Part shown: in pieces, positions 42,458 to 53,941 of the stretch | How positions within the stretch are numbered: the stretch's first letter is position 1 | How the letters are laid out: every line of letters starts with the position of its first letter | DNA from: Kondoa subrosea | Taxonomy: Eukaryota | Length of the DNA: 64,000 nt | Reading direction: 5' to 3' | NCBI GenBank assembly: GCA_039545335.1 | Contig: BCIN01000004.1 | Coordinates: 1-64,000, forward strand | Program-made: the position numbers and the translations under genes | The notes under the pieces: generated by a model | Told to the model about the DNA's origin: nothing | The model's database searches: none | Seen by the model: only the letters and a program-made list of their open reading frames with translations

Positions 42458-45400
42458 TTACTGAGTAGCCTTCCGAATCATCTATTGCCAATGTCAGCAA
42501 CGATTCGCATGGGGTTGAGCCAGCCCGAACTTCTTTAGCCCATTTGGCAAGAGCTTTGCTTTCTGAATCACTTGGTCTCGTTCTGGCAGCCTTGAGAGCT
42601 TCATTCACCCAATCGTTTTGTAAAAGTGGTTTCACTTGCCCCTGAGGGAAAGCATCGGCCAGGTCGCCTAGTAGTCCGATCGAAGAACGAAGAATGCTCT
42701 CTGTACGTTCTGAGGCGGACAACACAAGCTGCAGAAAGGTGAAGATGGCGCCGACGTGAGGGAGCAGCAATGTACCTGCAAACAACTATTGGTGGGAGTA
42801 TGTCGAGGGCCGATGACTTACTTTGTGAGCTACTTTTCAAGCCAGCAACTATACCGATGTATGCCTCCAGAATACTTTCACGAAGACAGATGATGTAGTC
42901 CACCATGTCGTAATCCAGCTGTAAGTAAGTCTCATGAATTTGCAGGGCAGTATAGAAAGAGCAAACTCACAGGATCTGCACGCATAGAGCCAGCCTGTTG
43001 CAATACGCTCAAAGTCGTGGCCAAAAAAGGTTCGAATGAACCACCAATGGCAAGTGCAATATCACCGAAACAGCTGAGAATGGGAGGCTTCACGTTTCGA
43101 TGCAGTATGTTGCTCTGAAGATTGGCAAGCAGAACTTCCATGAAACCTTGGCAGTAAGGCAGACTGCCATCGCCAAGCCCTCGACAAATATCGCCAATCA
43201 GACCTACAGCAATTGAGCATAGCTGATAGTCTTGATGTGATTGAAGTGCATCTATCAGTGAAGGTAGAAAGGCTGGTAGGTAGATAGAAAAGCTCGTTTC
43301 CAGAGCTTCGGAACCGTCAATTCCAAATATATACAGCACAATTACACATACTGGAGATGGCGGCACCAACGCATAGAAATGCGTCTTCCAGTACGGGTGA
43401 TTGCTTAGGTGCAGTCTGAATAATTTGAAGCAACAGAGTCATAATTCTGTCAGCAAAAGGAGAGATGGCCTCCTTCCTAAAGCGTCGGATGATGCTCTAG
43501 CATTCCGACTGAGCTAACGGAAGATGCAAGAAGAGATCAAATTTACCGTCAAAGCGTTGCAGATGTTCATTTGGATCTCGTTGTAATTGTTGCGGTCATC
43601 TGAACCGACGATTTGTGTCTGCATGCCAAGCATATGCTCTGATCGATGTAGAAGTGCTGTCGTTAGCCCGTTGATCGTGACCGAGCAGTCGTTTGGAGCA
43701 TGTGCGATCAGAGCAGCGAGAGCCTCGTACCCGGATGTACGGGAATTTGATTCGTTGGTGCTTCTAGCATTTCGTCTTAGCTTCTATCTGCCAAAAATTT
43801 GCGCCCACGCACGCTTCGGTCATACGCAATAAAGCAGATGTAATCCCGTCGAAAAAGGGACTGAGCAGACCAGTCTCGGCTGAAGAGTCCCCTAGTTGCT
43901 CTCCCAAATTCATCAAGCCCCAGCAGCAGTTACTGATTACTCGAGGGCTCTCCCCCAGGCCTCGCACTAGCGCTGTGACCAAGCTTGCCAGATGAAGTTC
44001 TGTATTTACAGTCGAGATGAGGACATCACATATTCTGCCTAGTGTCCAGGCAGTAGTGTCCTTGACATGAGCATTCGGGTCTTGCATCATTTCGATAATG
44101 GTCGGTAGAGCTTGCGAAACAAGAGGCAACAATAGCTTTTCTTCTGGGCCATCTAAAATTGAGCCGAATGCCATGATAGCCGCCTCACGATGATGCCAAT
44201 CAGTGCTCTTGATGTGATCTTCGACAAAGGGGATGATAGGTGTTACAATACTATCACCGACCGCTTGCGCCAGGAGCGCAAGACAAGTTCCAGCTGCCAT
44301 GCTAAGGTTCCATTCATCTTCTGCGGCGTCTTCTTCTTGGCGGGTCAATTGCAATAAGATTACTGGCAAAATTTCGGGCAAAGCAACACGCGCAAAATGA
44401 TGAGATTCGCGGTCGGAAACTTCATCATAGGCAGCGGCTTCTTCTGATTGCAAGGCCAGCTCTATCTCTTCATCACATACTGTGGACCAGAATTCGACAG
44501 CTTGAAGTGCGACTCGTTCCTCTTCGTGTTTCATGCCCATGATGGTCAACTGCGCTCTCATGTGAAGCCGGACTTGATAAAAGATCAATGATCTCCACTA
44601 ACCCCGAATAAAGCTTTCTCCATGTAGAATTGCATCTTGTCGTAAAAGAGTTGCATTATCTTGACCAAGCACTCAAATGCGGCAACTTGTACGTCCGGTG
44701 ACTGTGATTGAGTCGCTTCGCAGACAACTTGCATAATGTAATTGCGCTCGCCCTGTGCAACATACGTATACACGCATCGCTCAGCCTCTGAGCAAGAATA
44801 AAATAATACGTTGCTCACCTCCCTCTCGAAATTGTCACGTATAAATTCAAGCGAGTTCACCAAAGCGACGATAGCCGCCAATCGGACCTCCACATTTGGC
44901 TCTTCCTGTCGGGCGCCTTGAATGACAGCAGTCAGAATCTGGTTCGATTGGGCCAACAAGATTTCTGGACGCTACATGGTCGAGCATGAGGGAAATCCGT
45001 CCAAAAGCCAAAAGTACTGACAATTTGCTCGCAAATATACCCAATCGCTTGTAAACTCGCTTGCCGTAGCCCTGCGTTGTCTGCTCGGGCACCAAACGAT
45101 AGAAGCTGATCCACAAGGTCTGGCCAAAGACCAGCGGGCAGTTCAATGCATGCAATAGCAGCAATGACTTGACCAGCAACATTTCTCGCTCCCCTGTCAC
45201 TACTAGCAAGAGTGCTGAGGGCACCGCTCTTGACGTCTTCGCGGGTAGCAATTTCAAGGCTCAGCCAACGCTGAGCATGAAGGTCTTTCGTAAGATTTTC
45301 GCGAGCTGAGAGGGTGTTCTTGATAGCCAGACCTGCGGCATTCCTGAGATGAGGCTGCGCGCCGTCGTCGCGCGCAAGAGTTTGAGTTAGAGCTCGAACA

Positions 45401-45513
45401 TAGTCGCCATACGCAGATGAAGCCAGCTGTTCAAGCTGCGCCGTGGCTGTCTGTCGAAGACTCGCGTCTGGGGATAGAGACGCAGATAAGAGGTCTGCTA
45501 CAGTCTGCGACAT
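42458..45513 (-). CDS. KAP95: Importin subunit beta-1
   Basis: IBN_N motif LRNAAGLAIKN, ERNYIMQVVCEATQ, LQAVEFWSTVCDEE, AAIMAFGSILDGP and KPPILSCFGDIALA. Confidence 0.95.
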
Positions 45514-45667
45514 CGGCAAGTCGTTCAAGGCTTTATGGTGGAAATGGATGAAGCTCGAGCTTTTGAAATTTGGCCGAAGGCAAAGCAAAGTCGACCAACT
45601 CGCAATTGTAGCGAAGCCTCTCGCGACTTGCAGCCGGCCTTAGCCAAGCACTCGTGTCAGTCAATAA

Positions 45668-46272
45668 ATGGCCCGTAGAACGTCTGCAGTGAGCAGCAGG
45701 CAAGTCTCGTTTAATCAAGCTCACGCCATGCCTCAATAGGTTAGAGGCGGCCCGCGTGATGTTGCAGCCTCTCGAGGAGGCCGTACAGCCATTCAAGGAG
45801 GTCGTGACGTTCGAGCTCCGATTCTGGACCTGTCAATCTACCTCGACAAACAAGGTGCGCGCCTCATTTGTACCTCACACTCTGGCTTGCTCATTGAGCG
45901 CAGTCAGAGTCAAGTTTTCTGGAGGACGAGAAGGTACTGTCTTGGGTGGTTTGGCAGGCATTTAATGAGACCTCCCCCTTAGTCACAGGAACCCTCAAAG
46001 GATACGACGCCCTCTTGAACCTGGTGCTTGACGACGTAGAAGAAGATACGATAGGTAGGCTTTTGGCATTGCTTGTAAAGCGGTAGCTGATATGCGTTCC
46101 CTGTAGGGGAAGCTCTTACAGAAACCCGTTCGCTAGGTCTAGTAATTTTAAGAGGTACGGCTGTGGTGGTGATTAGCCCAATGAATGGGTACGTCGGCTC
46201 GCGCCGTAGCGCGCAAGACGTGCTGATGTTTGTTAAAGCATGGAGGAAATTCCAAATCCTTTTGCCCAATAA
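45668..46272 (+). CDS. LSM7: U6 snRNA-associated Sm-like protein Lsm7 (five short exons; not captured in the ORF track)
   Basis: Spliced by eye to ILDLSIYLDKQVRVKFSGGREVTGTLKGYDALLNLVLDDVEE..TRSLGLVILRGTAVVVISP..MEEIPNPFAQ*. Confidence 0.9.
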
Positions 46273-46335
46273 CGCCTAAGCATGAAACAACAGTACAACG
46301 AGATGTATTCGAGAAACATCCGGACGAGCTTGCAT

Positions 46336-47843
46336 CTATAATTTAGACTGAACGAAAGAGATGCCCTGGGAACAATAGATGAGCATTACTAATCGAAAAT
46401 GTTATCACGTAGACAACTTTTACCTTGGAGATGTTGCCTTGTAATTCAGGAATAGCGGCTGCCAACAGCTCTTTCTCATAAGGAGAGCTACAATATATAC
46501 GATCAGCGCATTAAGCCTAACAAAGTGAGGTACCTCACATGTCACCGATCGAAATCAATCGCTCTATACCAGATGGCTATGCACGTCATGAGTATGAGAC
46601 TACAGTCATCGTGAAAACAAAACATACACCTAATTCCACTGGAACGCTAAAGTAATCGCTTTCGGCCCCGATTGCCGATCGAATCTTTGCGGCGTCTTCT
46701 GGCATGGCCTGCAAGAGCACATCTGATTCAATAGCAGCAATAAGCGTCATGTACGAGATCGCAGGACAGATGTAATTTAGACCCACAGCTCATCTCAACA
46801 ATCCCTGTCTTTCCACCCCATTTGGCCGACAACAGACTTGAAACAAAGCGGTAGCCAGCTGCAGCCATGGACAATGTAGCAGAGCCGGCGCCTACGCTGA
46901 CATGAATTGACCGCATTTTTGTACAAGCCAAACAAATGACTGACCGTCTTTAGCTTTGACCACTTCGTCGCCACCAAACTGAATACGGTTGGTAATTTGA
47001 CGCAGTTGTTCTTCATTCAATCCCTCCAGAGATGGCCGAGCTTGCGACAATAGAGGCAAGATGGTGACGCCGCTGTGGCCGCCAATGACGGGTACCTGGA
47101 AGTCCGGAGCTGCTCGAGGGTTGCCCATTGCTTCAGCGCAGAAAGTCTCGGCTCGCACAACATCCAATGTGGTGACGCCAAAGAGTCTGCGGGCAAATTG
47201 TATCAGAAATAGGAGCGCGTCTTGCAATACAATCGTACCTCTTTGGATCGAAGACCCCGGCTTGCTTGAGAACTTCTGCCACAATCGGTACAGTAGAATT
47301 GACTGGGTTGGATATAACGCAAATGAAAGCTTTCGGGCAGAATTGACCGATAGCGACTGCTAGATCTCGCACTATGCCGGCGTTGATCTACATCATCATA
47401 CACGATATAAATACGATGGACTGAACATATGGAAGTCAGCCGCACCTTGAACAAATCATCCCTGGTCATGCCAGGCTTTTGTGAATTGCATCAGTACTTG
47501 AAGCGGCGAATATCACATGAGATACCTTGCGAGGGACACCAGCAGGGATTACTACTACATCTGAGCCGGTCAGAGCTTTTTCTAGGCCGCCATCGTCCTT
47601 AGTATGGCCGGTGACGATACTGGGCGTCGAGATGTGACTGATATCAACGGCAACACCCTTTACAACTGGCACAATATCGAAGAGTGCTAATTCAGTGATA
47701 ACGGTAGATTGCTTGAGTAGCAGAGCCAAAGGCTGGCCAATTCCTAAGAAATCGACATGAACCAATAAAACGCCGTTTCAAAATAAGACAACAGTACCAC
47801 CAGCGGCGCCGAGCAGAGCAACTTTGCATGAAGATTGTGACAT
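46336..47843 (-). CDS. NAD-dependent malate dehydrogenase, no mitochondrial presequence, C-terminal PTS1 (SKL)
   Basis: [42 protein letters not shown] and [14 protein letters not shown]. The last exon encodes GISFVQSKL*. Confidence 0.92.
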
Positions 47844-48013
47844 CTGGTGTGATATTGATCTAGATGGTAGTCGCTCGGAAAGGTTGTGCAAGGTTGGATT
47901 TCGAAGTCTATGTATCTCCGCCTGGACCCGCGTGCCTGGGCGGGGCAAAGACCAGTCGAGCAATCATTGAATCATCCCAGGTGTATTACTGGTGAGACAG
48001 TATTATGCGATCC

Positions 48014-49092
48014 TTATCTATACAGTAACAGCCGGAAGGGGAGTTGCCAATCGCGCTGATGCAGTCGAGGCGCGAACAGATTGTACTTCTCTTTGCTCAA
48101 GCGAGCCAACCATCTCTTTTCAGTCAGCTGACGTGACGATTGAGAAAGTGACAGGGGAGAGAGGTAAGTTGCACAAACCGTTATCATGCGTAGCGGCCGC
48201 AGCGAGCTCGATTCCGCAAGTATGGCTCTTGCCTCTATGAAATCAGCAGTCGCCATGTTTGCGACTTGCACTACCAGAGCGCGCAGCCCTTCATCCGTGT
48301 CATTATCCATTTTGTAAAGCTGCCGTTCCGACAAGCCTAGGCCATGTATCAGATCTAAAGGCAGGCCCAAACGTCGCCGTGATAGCTCTTGAGGTGTATT
48401 GCGTAAAGCGTAGACCAATGACTGACCACGGGCAAGGTGCATCAAACTACTCTTCAACTTCTTGGTGTCTTGCATTAGCAGTTTTGCTTGCGCTGACAGA
48501 AGTTGCATGTTGGAATCTTTTGACTGCGCGTCGAACTCCACTAGTGTTGCTACCGTGGTCCTCCCGCTAGCAAAATTTTGGGACTAAGGAGTTCCGGTCA
48601 GTGGCCACGACTGAATGGATTTGGTGATCCGAACTTTCATATCCAAGAATCTTTCGAGATGATGTCGGCTGTGTACGAACAGATGCAAGTTGCGCCTGAT
48701 AGCCAGAGCCGTGGGATGTTGAGGTACAGCTTGGCTCTATCGCGCTGTCATCAGCCTTGTCAAAAGCAATTCATTGTCCACCTTCAACCAACCTCGAAGC
48801 ACTCTGCTAGGGCATTCCTCCACCACTCGAAGCGCAACATACCCAGGTGCCGATTTGTGACAGAAAGAGGAATGCGCTGCAACTCCAGTTGGAAGCTACG
48901 AAGCGCCAGATAGGCGTCCCTTGTGACAGCGGGATAGAAGAAAGATAACAGGAAAGCATCATAATCATTGAGCTTGACAAGGTTTGCGTTTTCTACCGAG
49001 ACTTTCGCCGCTGAGGTCTGAATACAGCTTTGCTGCTGAACCCGTTGTAGCCGTAGTTGTCGAAGCTGCCGTCCAGAAGATCTAGCGAACAT
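48014..49092 (-). CDS. NDUFAF6-like complex I assembly factor (squalene/phytoene synthase fold)
   Basis: LVKLNDYDAFL, AYLALRSFQLEL and GMLRFEWWR, with an Arg-rich presequence-like N-terminus. Confidence 0.8.
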
Positions 49093-49200
49093 CGCGGCAG
49101 GCTACAGAGACTTTCGGAAAGAGAGTCTACAAATCTACAAATGTCAAATGTTGTCTAAAACTTCCACAACTTTTCACACCAGTATCTATAAGGAAGAATA

Positions 49201-49740
49201 ATGCGTCTTTCAACAGTCGTGGCATCCCTGACTACTAAGGCCTCACTATCTTCCGTCGCAAAAGGTACTCTATTTGAAAATGAATGTATAGCAATACTGC
49301 TCAAGCTTTATGGCAATCGAATGCGTTTGAAGCGGGTCGGAGGTAGAGGCGACAAAGGTGTCGACTTTCAAGGGTGGTGCTGCTTTTCGGAACAACAGCT
49401 GTCGTGTCGTTCAGGGAATTCGGTTACCTCACAACCAGCCAGCTTTCGGATAGTCGGTCAATGCAAGGCTTTCAAATCAGCAATGGGTCCTGCACACGTA
49501 CGAGAGTTTGATGCAGTTTGTGTCCGTGCTCAAGCTACAAGTCATCACTCCGTCATCGGCATTTTGTGTGCGAAAAACGGATTATCGACAGCAGCTCATG
49601 CTACCTTGCAGAACTCTTCCGCTCCTATACTCCTATATACTCCTTCTTCAGCAGCTACCCCAAAATTATTTCCAAACAAGGTTGCTCTGACACACACTTG
49701 GGTGAGCATTTGTGGCGGGACAGAACCGGTTGCAATCTAA
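49201..49740 (+). CDS. RRG7: RRG7/DUF2034 family mitochondrial restriction-endonuclease-like protein
   Basis: GTLFE, RVGGRGDKGVD, GQCKA and GPAHVREF (Mrr-like D..QxK motif). Confidence 0.75.
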   Translation: MRLSTVVASLTTKASLSSVAKGTLFENECIAILLKLYGNRMRLKRVGGRGDKGVDFQGWCCFSEQQLSCRSGNSVTSQPASFRIVGQCKAFKSAMGPAHVREFDAVCVRAQATSHHSVIGILCAKNGLSTAAHATLQNSSAPILLYTPSSAATPKLFPNKVALTHTWVSICGGTEPVAI

Positions 49741-50631
49741 TCCACCAGGGATAGATACATTGATCCTTCAAAGGGGACACAGCCAAACTACTCCTGTACT
49801 TTGCTGCCCGATAATGCTTTCAATAAAGACCCAGATCATTGAACATGCACCCGGCGTTGCCAACTTCCGATCGCACGAGCCACCGACTGCAAGCTCCACC
49901 ACAACAAGCTTGTCACTAACCGCGCGCCTGAATAATCATCAGTGACGTGAGCAGAACAATAGTAATAATATAAATGGCCCAGCTTACACATCAATATCAC
50001 GCCCTTTGCGAGGAGCCAACATGCTAAACGTCGGCGTGGATCGTTGAAGTCGATGTGCTTTGATTCGTAGCCTTCCGAAACATCCATCACGCAAACTGTA
50101 CCATTCTGCCGATTGAGTATATCAGCAGCGGATGTGAATCGAAACCTGACCATCAGAACATTCGCTTCCGTCTTCGTTCGGACTTCCTTGAGTATTTCCG
50201 ATCATATCTGGGTCTTCTGCTTCCATTTTGGTATCGCGTTCGCCTTCAGACAAGTCAGCATTGACTAGTGCTCAGAGGCACCCGAGGAAGCCGTACGAGC
50301 CGCTTTCGCAGAAGAACGAGTGCCATAAACAGCAACAGTGGCTATCATTGCAGCAGTAAGGGGCCAGCCCAGAAATTGCATAGCAGTCCAGCCTCGAATG
50401 GGAGTGATACGGTATGAGATGCAACGGCCGAGGCATCTTGAGACTGCCTGTCTCTCATGGGCAGCAACATTCGAGGCTACAAAGCCTACGTTTGCTGCAT
50501 GGTGATACCGTAGATGAGCTGTCGAGAGACCTATGTTTATAATGTATGACCTGAACATTGTTTGAAGTATGTGGCTGGGGCCAACAATTGACGAGGTGGT
50601 AGCTAAACCATAACACATGGACCTTTCGAGA

Positions 50632-50659
50632 GTCTTTTGTTCGAAGGTCTTTTTGTTCT
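50632..50659 (-). promoter_or_regulatory. Tandem pheromone-response-element-like HMG sites upstream of STE3
   Basis: GTCTTTTGTTC (50632-50642) and GTCTTTTTGTTCT (50647-50659; reverse complement AGAACAAAAAGAC), 50-80 bp before the ATG. Confidence 0.55.
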
Positions 50660-50709
50660 CACCAAAAATATCATCTCAGAGTATTTCCCCTTTCGTTCCT
50701 TTTATCACA

Positions 50710-52121
50710 ATGGACTTCCCTTACGTAGTGTTTAGTGGTCTTTGCGTCTTGCTCAATTTGATTCCTTTCGCCTGGCAAATCGAGCACCGCAATGGCGGTA
50801 CTATTTGCCTGGTATTTTGGGTATTGATAATCAATCTGTCCAACATGGTAGGAAGATCTCTGTTACTGCCGATCCGGACTGATCAATTAGTACGCAGGTG
50901 AACAGTATCATTTGGAGAAATGATGCTATAGACCGTGTCCCTGTTCTCTGCGATATAGCAGCGAAGGTAGTGTTGCTTGTGCTATTGTTGTCTGGCGCGT
51001 CTCAGACTCGATTCTTTAGATCAACCTCGCTGGACCATTTGGTATCTTATGTTCGACGATATGCATTGTGCATTTCTTGGCCAGAGTAATGACGCCGTCC
51101 GCCGGCATGTTGACAAGAAATGATAAACGTCGTCGCGCCGTTTTGGATTATTCGTTATCTTTGGGCTTTCCGTTGTTGATAATGGCATCGCACATTATAT
51201 ATCAACCCACTCGGTATGGTATCTCACAGACAACTGGCTGTACCTACACTCTGGTCAAAACGTGGCCTACCTATATACTTCTGTGGGTATGGCCTCCGGT
51301 ATTGGCGTTCATTGGCGGGTCTCTGGGTGGTACGATTCGTGTTACACGCTGATGAGCGAAGTATTCTGATACCTACTATTAGTCTACGTAGTGTACCGTC
51401 TGTTGCAACATCGCCGGGATTTCGGAAAGCTCGTCGCCAACTCAAACTCAGCTCTGACTGCTTCACGTTTCATTCGTCTGGGTCTACTTTCTTTGAGCTG
51501 GTTGGGCATCAATGTACCGTTCTCGATTTACAATTTCATACACATTCAACGGAACGGTGTTTATGAAGATTATGATTGGCAGTATGTTCACAGCTATGTA
51601 AGCACGTCAGGTGCATGAATCTACCCACTTGTTTCATAATAGATCGTGAAATAGTTTCAAGCACCTTTACAGCGACCGCTCTATCCGAAAACAACATTCT
51701 ACGACTGGCAATCCATTATAGCAGGCATCCTCGTCATTATTTTCTTTGGCTTCAGTCAAGAAACATTTGCCTACTATGGGCGCGTCGGACGAAAGGTCGG
51801 ATTGGCTCCGCTACTTGCCTTTCGCAAGCGCGCGAGACTTGAGGCCTCCAGCGAACGGGGCGTCGACTCCCCTTACATTGGTCTGCAGTCAATCAGGTGA
51901 ATGTCTCTTGTTTATTGATGTTCGTCGGAATTTACACAGCTCTCAGACTCGACAAGACCTTCGGAACGTCGTCTTCAGAGCAGGATCTCACCAAGACCTT
52001 ACACATGCACCGAGTTGAAAGTCAAAAAAGAAATCATTCGAACGGTCTACCAGGCGGTGCTAAATTCAACTCGACAGCGGTGCTCAAAGTAAACGTTGTA
52101 CGGGAGGAGCAAATAGTTTGA
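50710..52121 (+). CDS. STE3: STE3-type lipopeptide pheromone receptor (7-TM GPCR), spliced
   Basis: LIPFAWQIEHRNGGT..VNSIIW..PVLCDI, KRRRAVLD..GFPLLIMASHIIYQPTRY..GC, WPPVL, SALTASRFIRL and IFFGFSQE. Confidence 0.95.
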
Positions 52122-52159
52122 GGCGGGCTGCAGGGCTTCGTTGTAGATATACAAGGGAT

Positions 52160-52840
52160 TTACCATGGAATATTATACCTAGTCACCCTTGGCTTCTCAG
52201 TCAACACCGATCTGACGAGCTTGTCCAGTCGAGGAGGGTCAGGTGGCACTTCACAGTTCCGCAACTCTTCCGTTTCGTAATCCGTGTGCACGTAATAGCC
52301 GATCCGAACAAACTCTTTTTCCTTGTACGAAGCAGTCAACAACAGCACAGTGACGCCTAGTAAATCTTCGGGCTTTATTGTTGACACCAACGGTGCCGCG
52401 GCCTGTATGCGTCAGAGACTGTATTTTAGAACTTATCTATGAATTCATGTAATTCAATCATAGAAGAATCAGCTGGCCAGTAGCCCACAAGCTGCGCTGA
52501 CAACTCAGTTGAGCCAGATGGAAAGGCTTGAGAAGAGGGTAAAGTGCAACAAGAATAGTCACCTCGAATTCGAACGAATTGACGCCCAGCGGTACAGGCC
52601 CAACCATGCAGGAATCGAGCTCTTGATCATAAGAAGAGCTTTCCGCGGAACCAACGTAAATCAGTTTCCATTCAATGTCTATATGCAATCAATCATCTGA
52701 AGCCAAAAGTCCTAGGTCACATTCAGCTTACCATCTTGCAGCTCTGATACACATTCAAACGTTATCCGAAAGACATATGGGTCACCGAACCGAGCTGGAT
52801 TATTGAGTACAGTGATATCTGAAATAGAGACCAGCGTCAT
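52160..52840 (-). CDS. ASF1: Histone chaperone Asf1
   Basis: [47 protein letters not shown] and [10 protein letters not shown]. Confidence 0.95.
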
Positions 52841-53056
52841 CGGCGCCAATGTCTGCATTGTGGAACGTGGTCTCAGCTTGCTACTTGAACGACAGGCAGA
52901 CTAACCTACATGCAGCGACTGGTTGATGCGTGAAGCGCAACTGCAGAGCGGAAAAACTTCTTGACTCGTCAGGGAGCAATTGTTTTGGACTGAACACCTC
53001 AATATAGGATGACCTTCAGTCTTTGGCAGAATATCATGTGATTTAGTCATTGTTTC

Positions 53057-53899
53057 TTAATCTTGTTTTGGGTCTGCTACAGTACTACTGCTCAAACCGC
53101 CCTGCAGATCCCGCATTTTAAGACCGCTCTTGGCTTGTACCAAGTCCCCAGTGTACCCTATACCGCGACTTAGACTAAAATACATGCTTTTGAGCTCGTC
53201 CGCCAGGCGCTCCAGGGCCGATCGAGAATGGGTGACAGCAGTCATATGCAAGCTTGCGACCGACGGTGCATAACGATTCTCCATGGTCCATATTAGCGAG
53301 CGCAGATTTGAGGCGGTTTCCGGTAGCGCATAGTAGGTGGTGAAGCAAACAACGACCGAAGGTACGAGATAGCGCAGGAGAACAGTGCCTGCAGGTACTC
53401 ATCAAGACGAAGACTCTGTCAGCGGGCATGGACAAGGAGGGACTTGCGATTGCGAGTCAAAATCGAAGCAGATAGGCCCGCTGTTCCAACGCTAAAAGTA
53501 CATCGATCAGCAGCCTAAACTCTGTATTCGAACAGGAAACTGACTATAACAGCCCAGGATTAAGAGGCTCATGCTGAGCTCTGATGCTGGTCAAGACATC
53601 TACGACAACATCAGCTGTGCGAAAGAATCTCGCGCAATGGGTACCGAACCGCGAGTTGTGCTTTCTGCTTCAACACATTTCGTTATAGCCTCGTCGGCAA
53701 CTGACTTAGCTTGTCCAAAGGACTGCTTGGCACCGAGGCGAAGCAAGCCAAGTCGTGCTTGGAGATTGGTTCGAGGTGCCGGTATAAGCAGATTTGGGGA
53801 CTGCGTATCATCGTAAATAGGTAGCTAATCGACTGATAAGTACGGCATTGTTTAGCGGCGCAAGCGAACAAGTATGTCTACCTTTGGAGCGATTTCCAT
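53057..53899 (-). CDS. MICOS subunit Mic26/Mic27 (apolipoprotein O family), spliced
   Basis: Spliced by eye to KLPIYD, EPLNPGLLYVGTAGLSASILTRNR and YYALPETASNL..ENRYAP. Confidence 0.75.
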
Positions 53900-53941
53900 T
53901 GGTTAACAGAAACCAACCAACGAATTCCATTCAAAATTAAA

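Noticed and set aside
49750..50620. Minus-strand ORFs upstream of STE3, searched for an adjacent pheromone gene
   Set aside because: No short ATG ORF ending in CAAX was found by eye, and the ORFs are unassigned.
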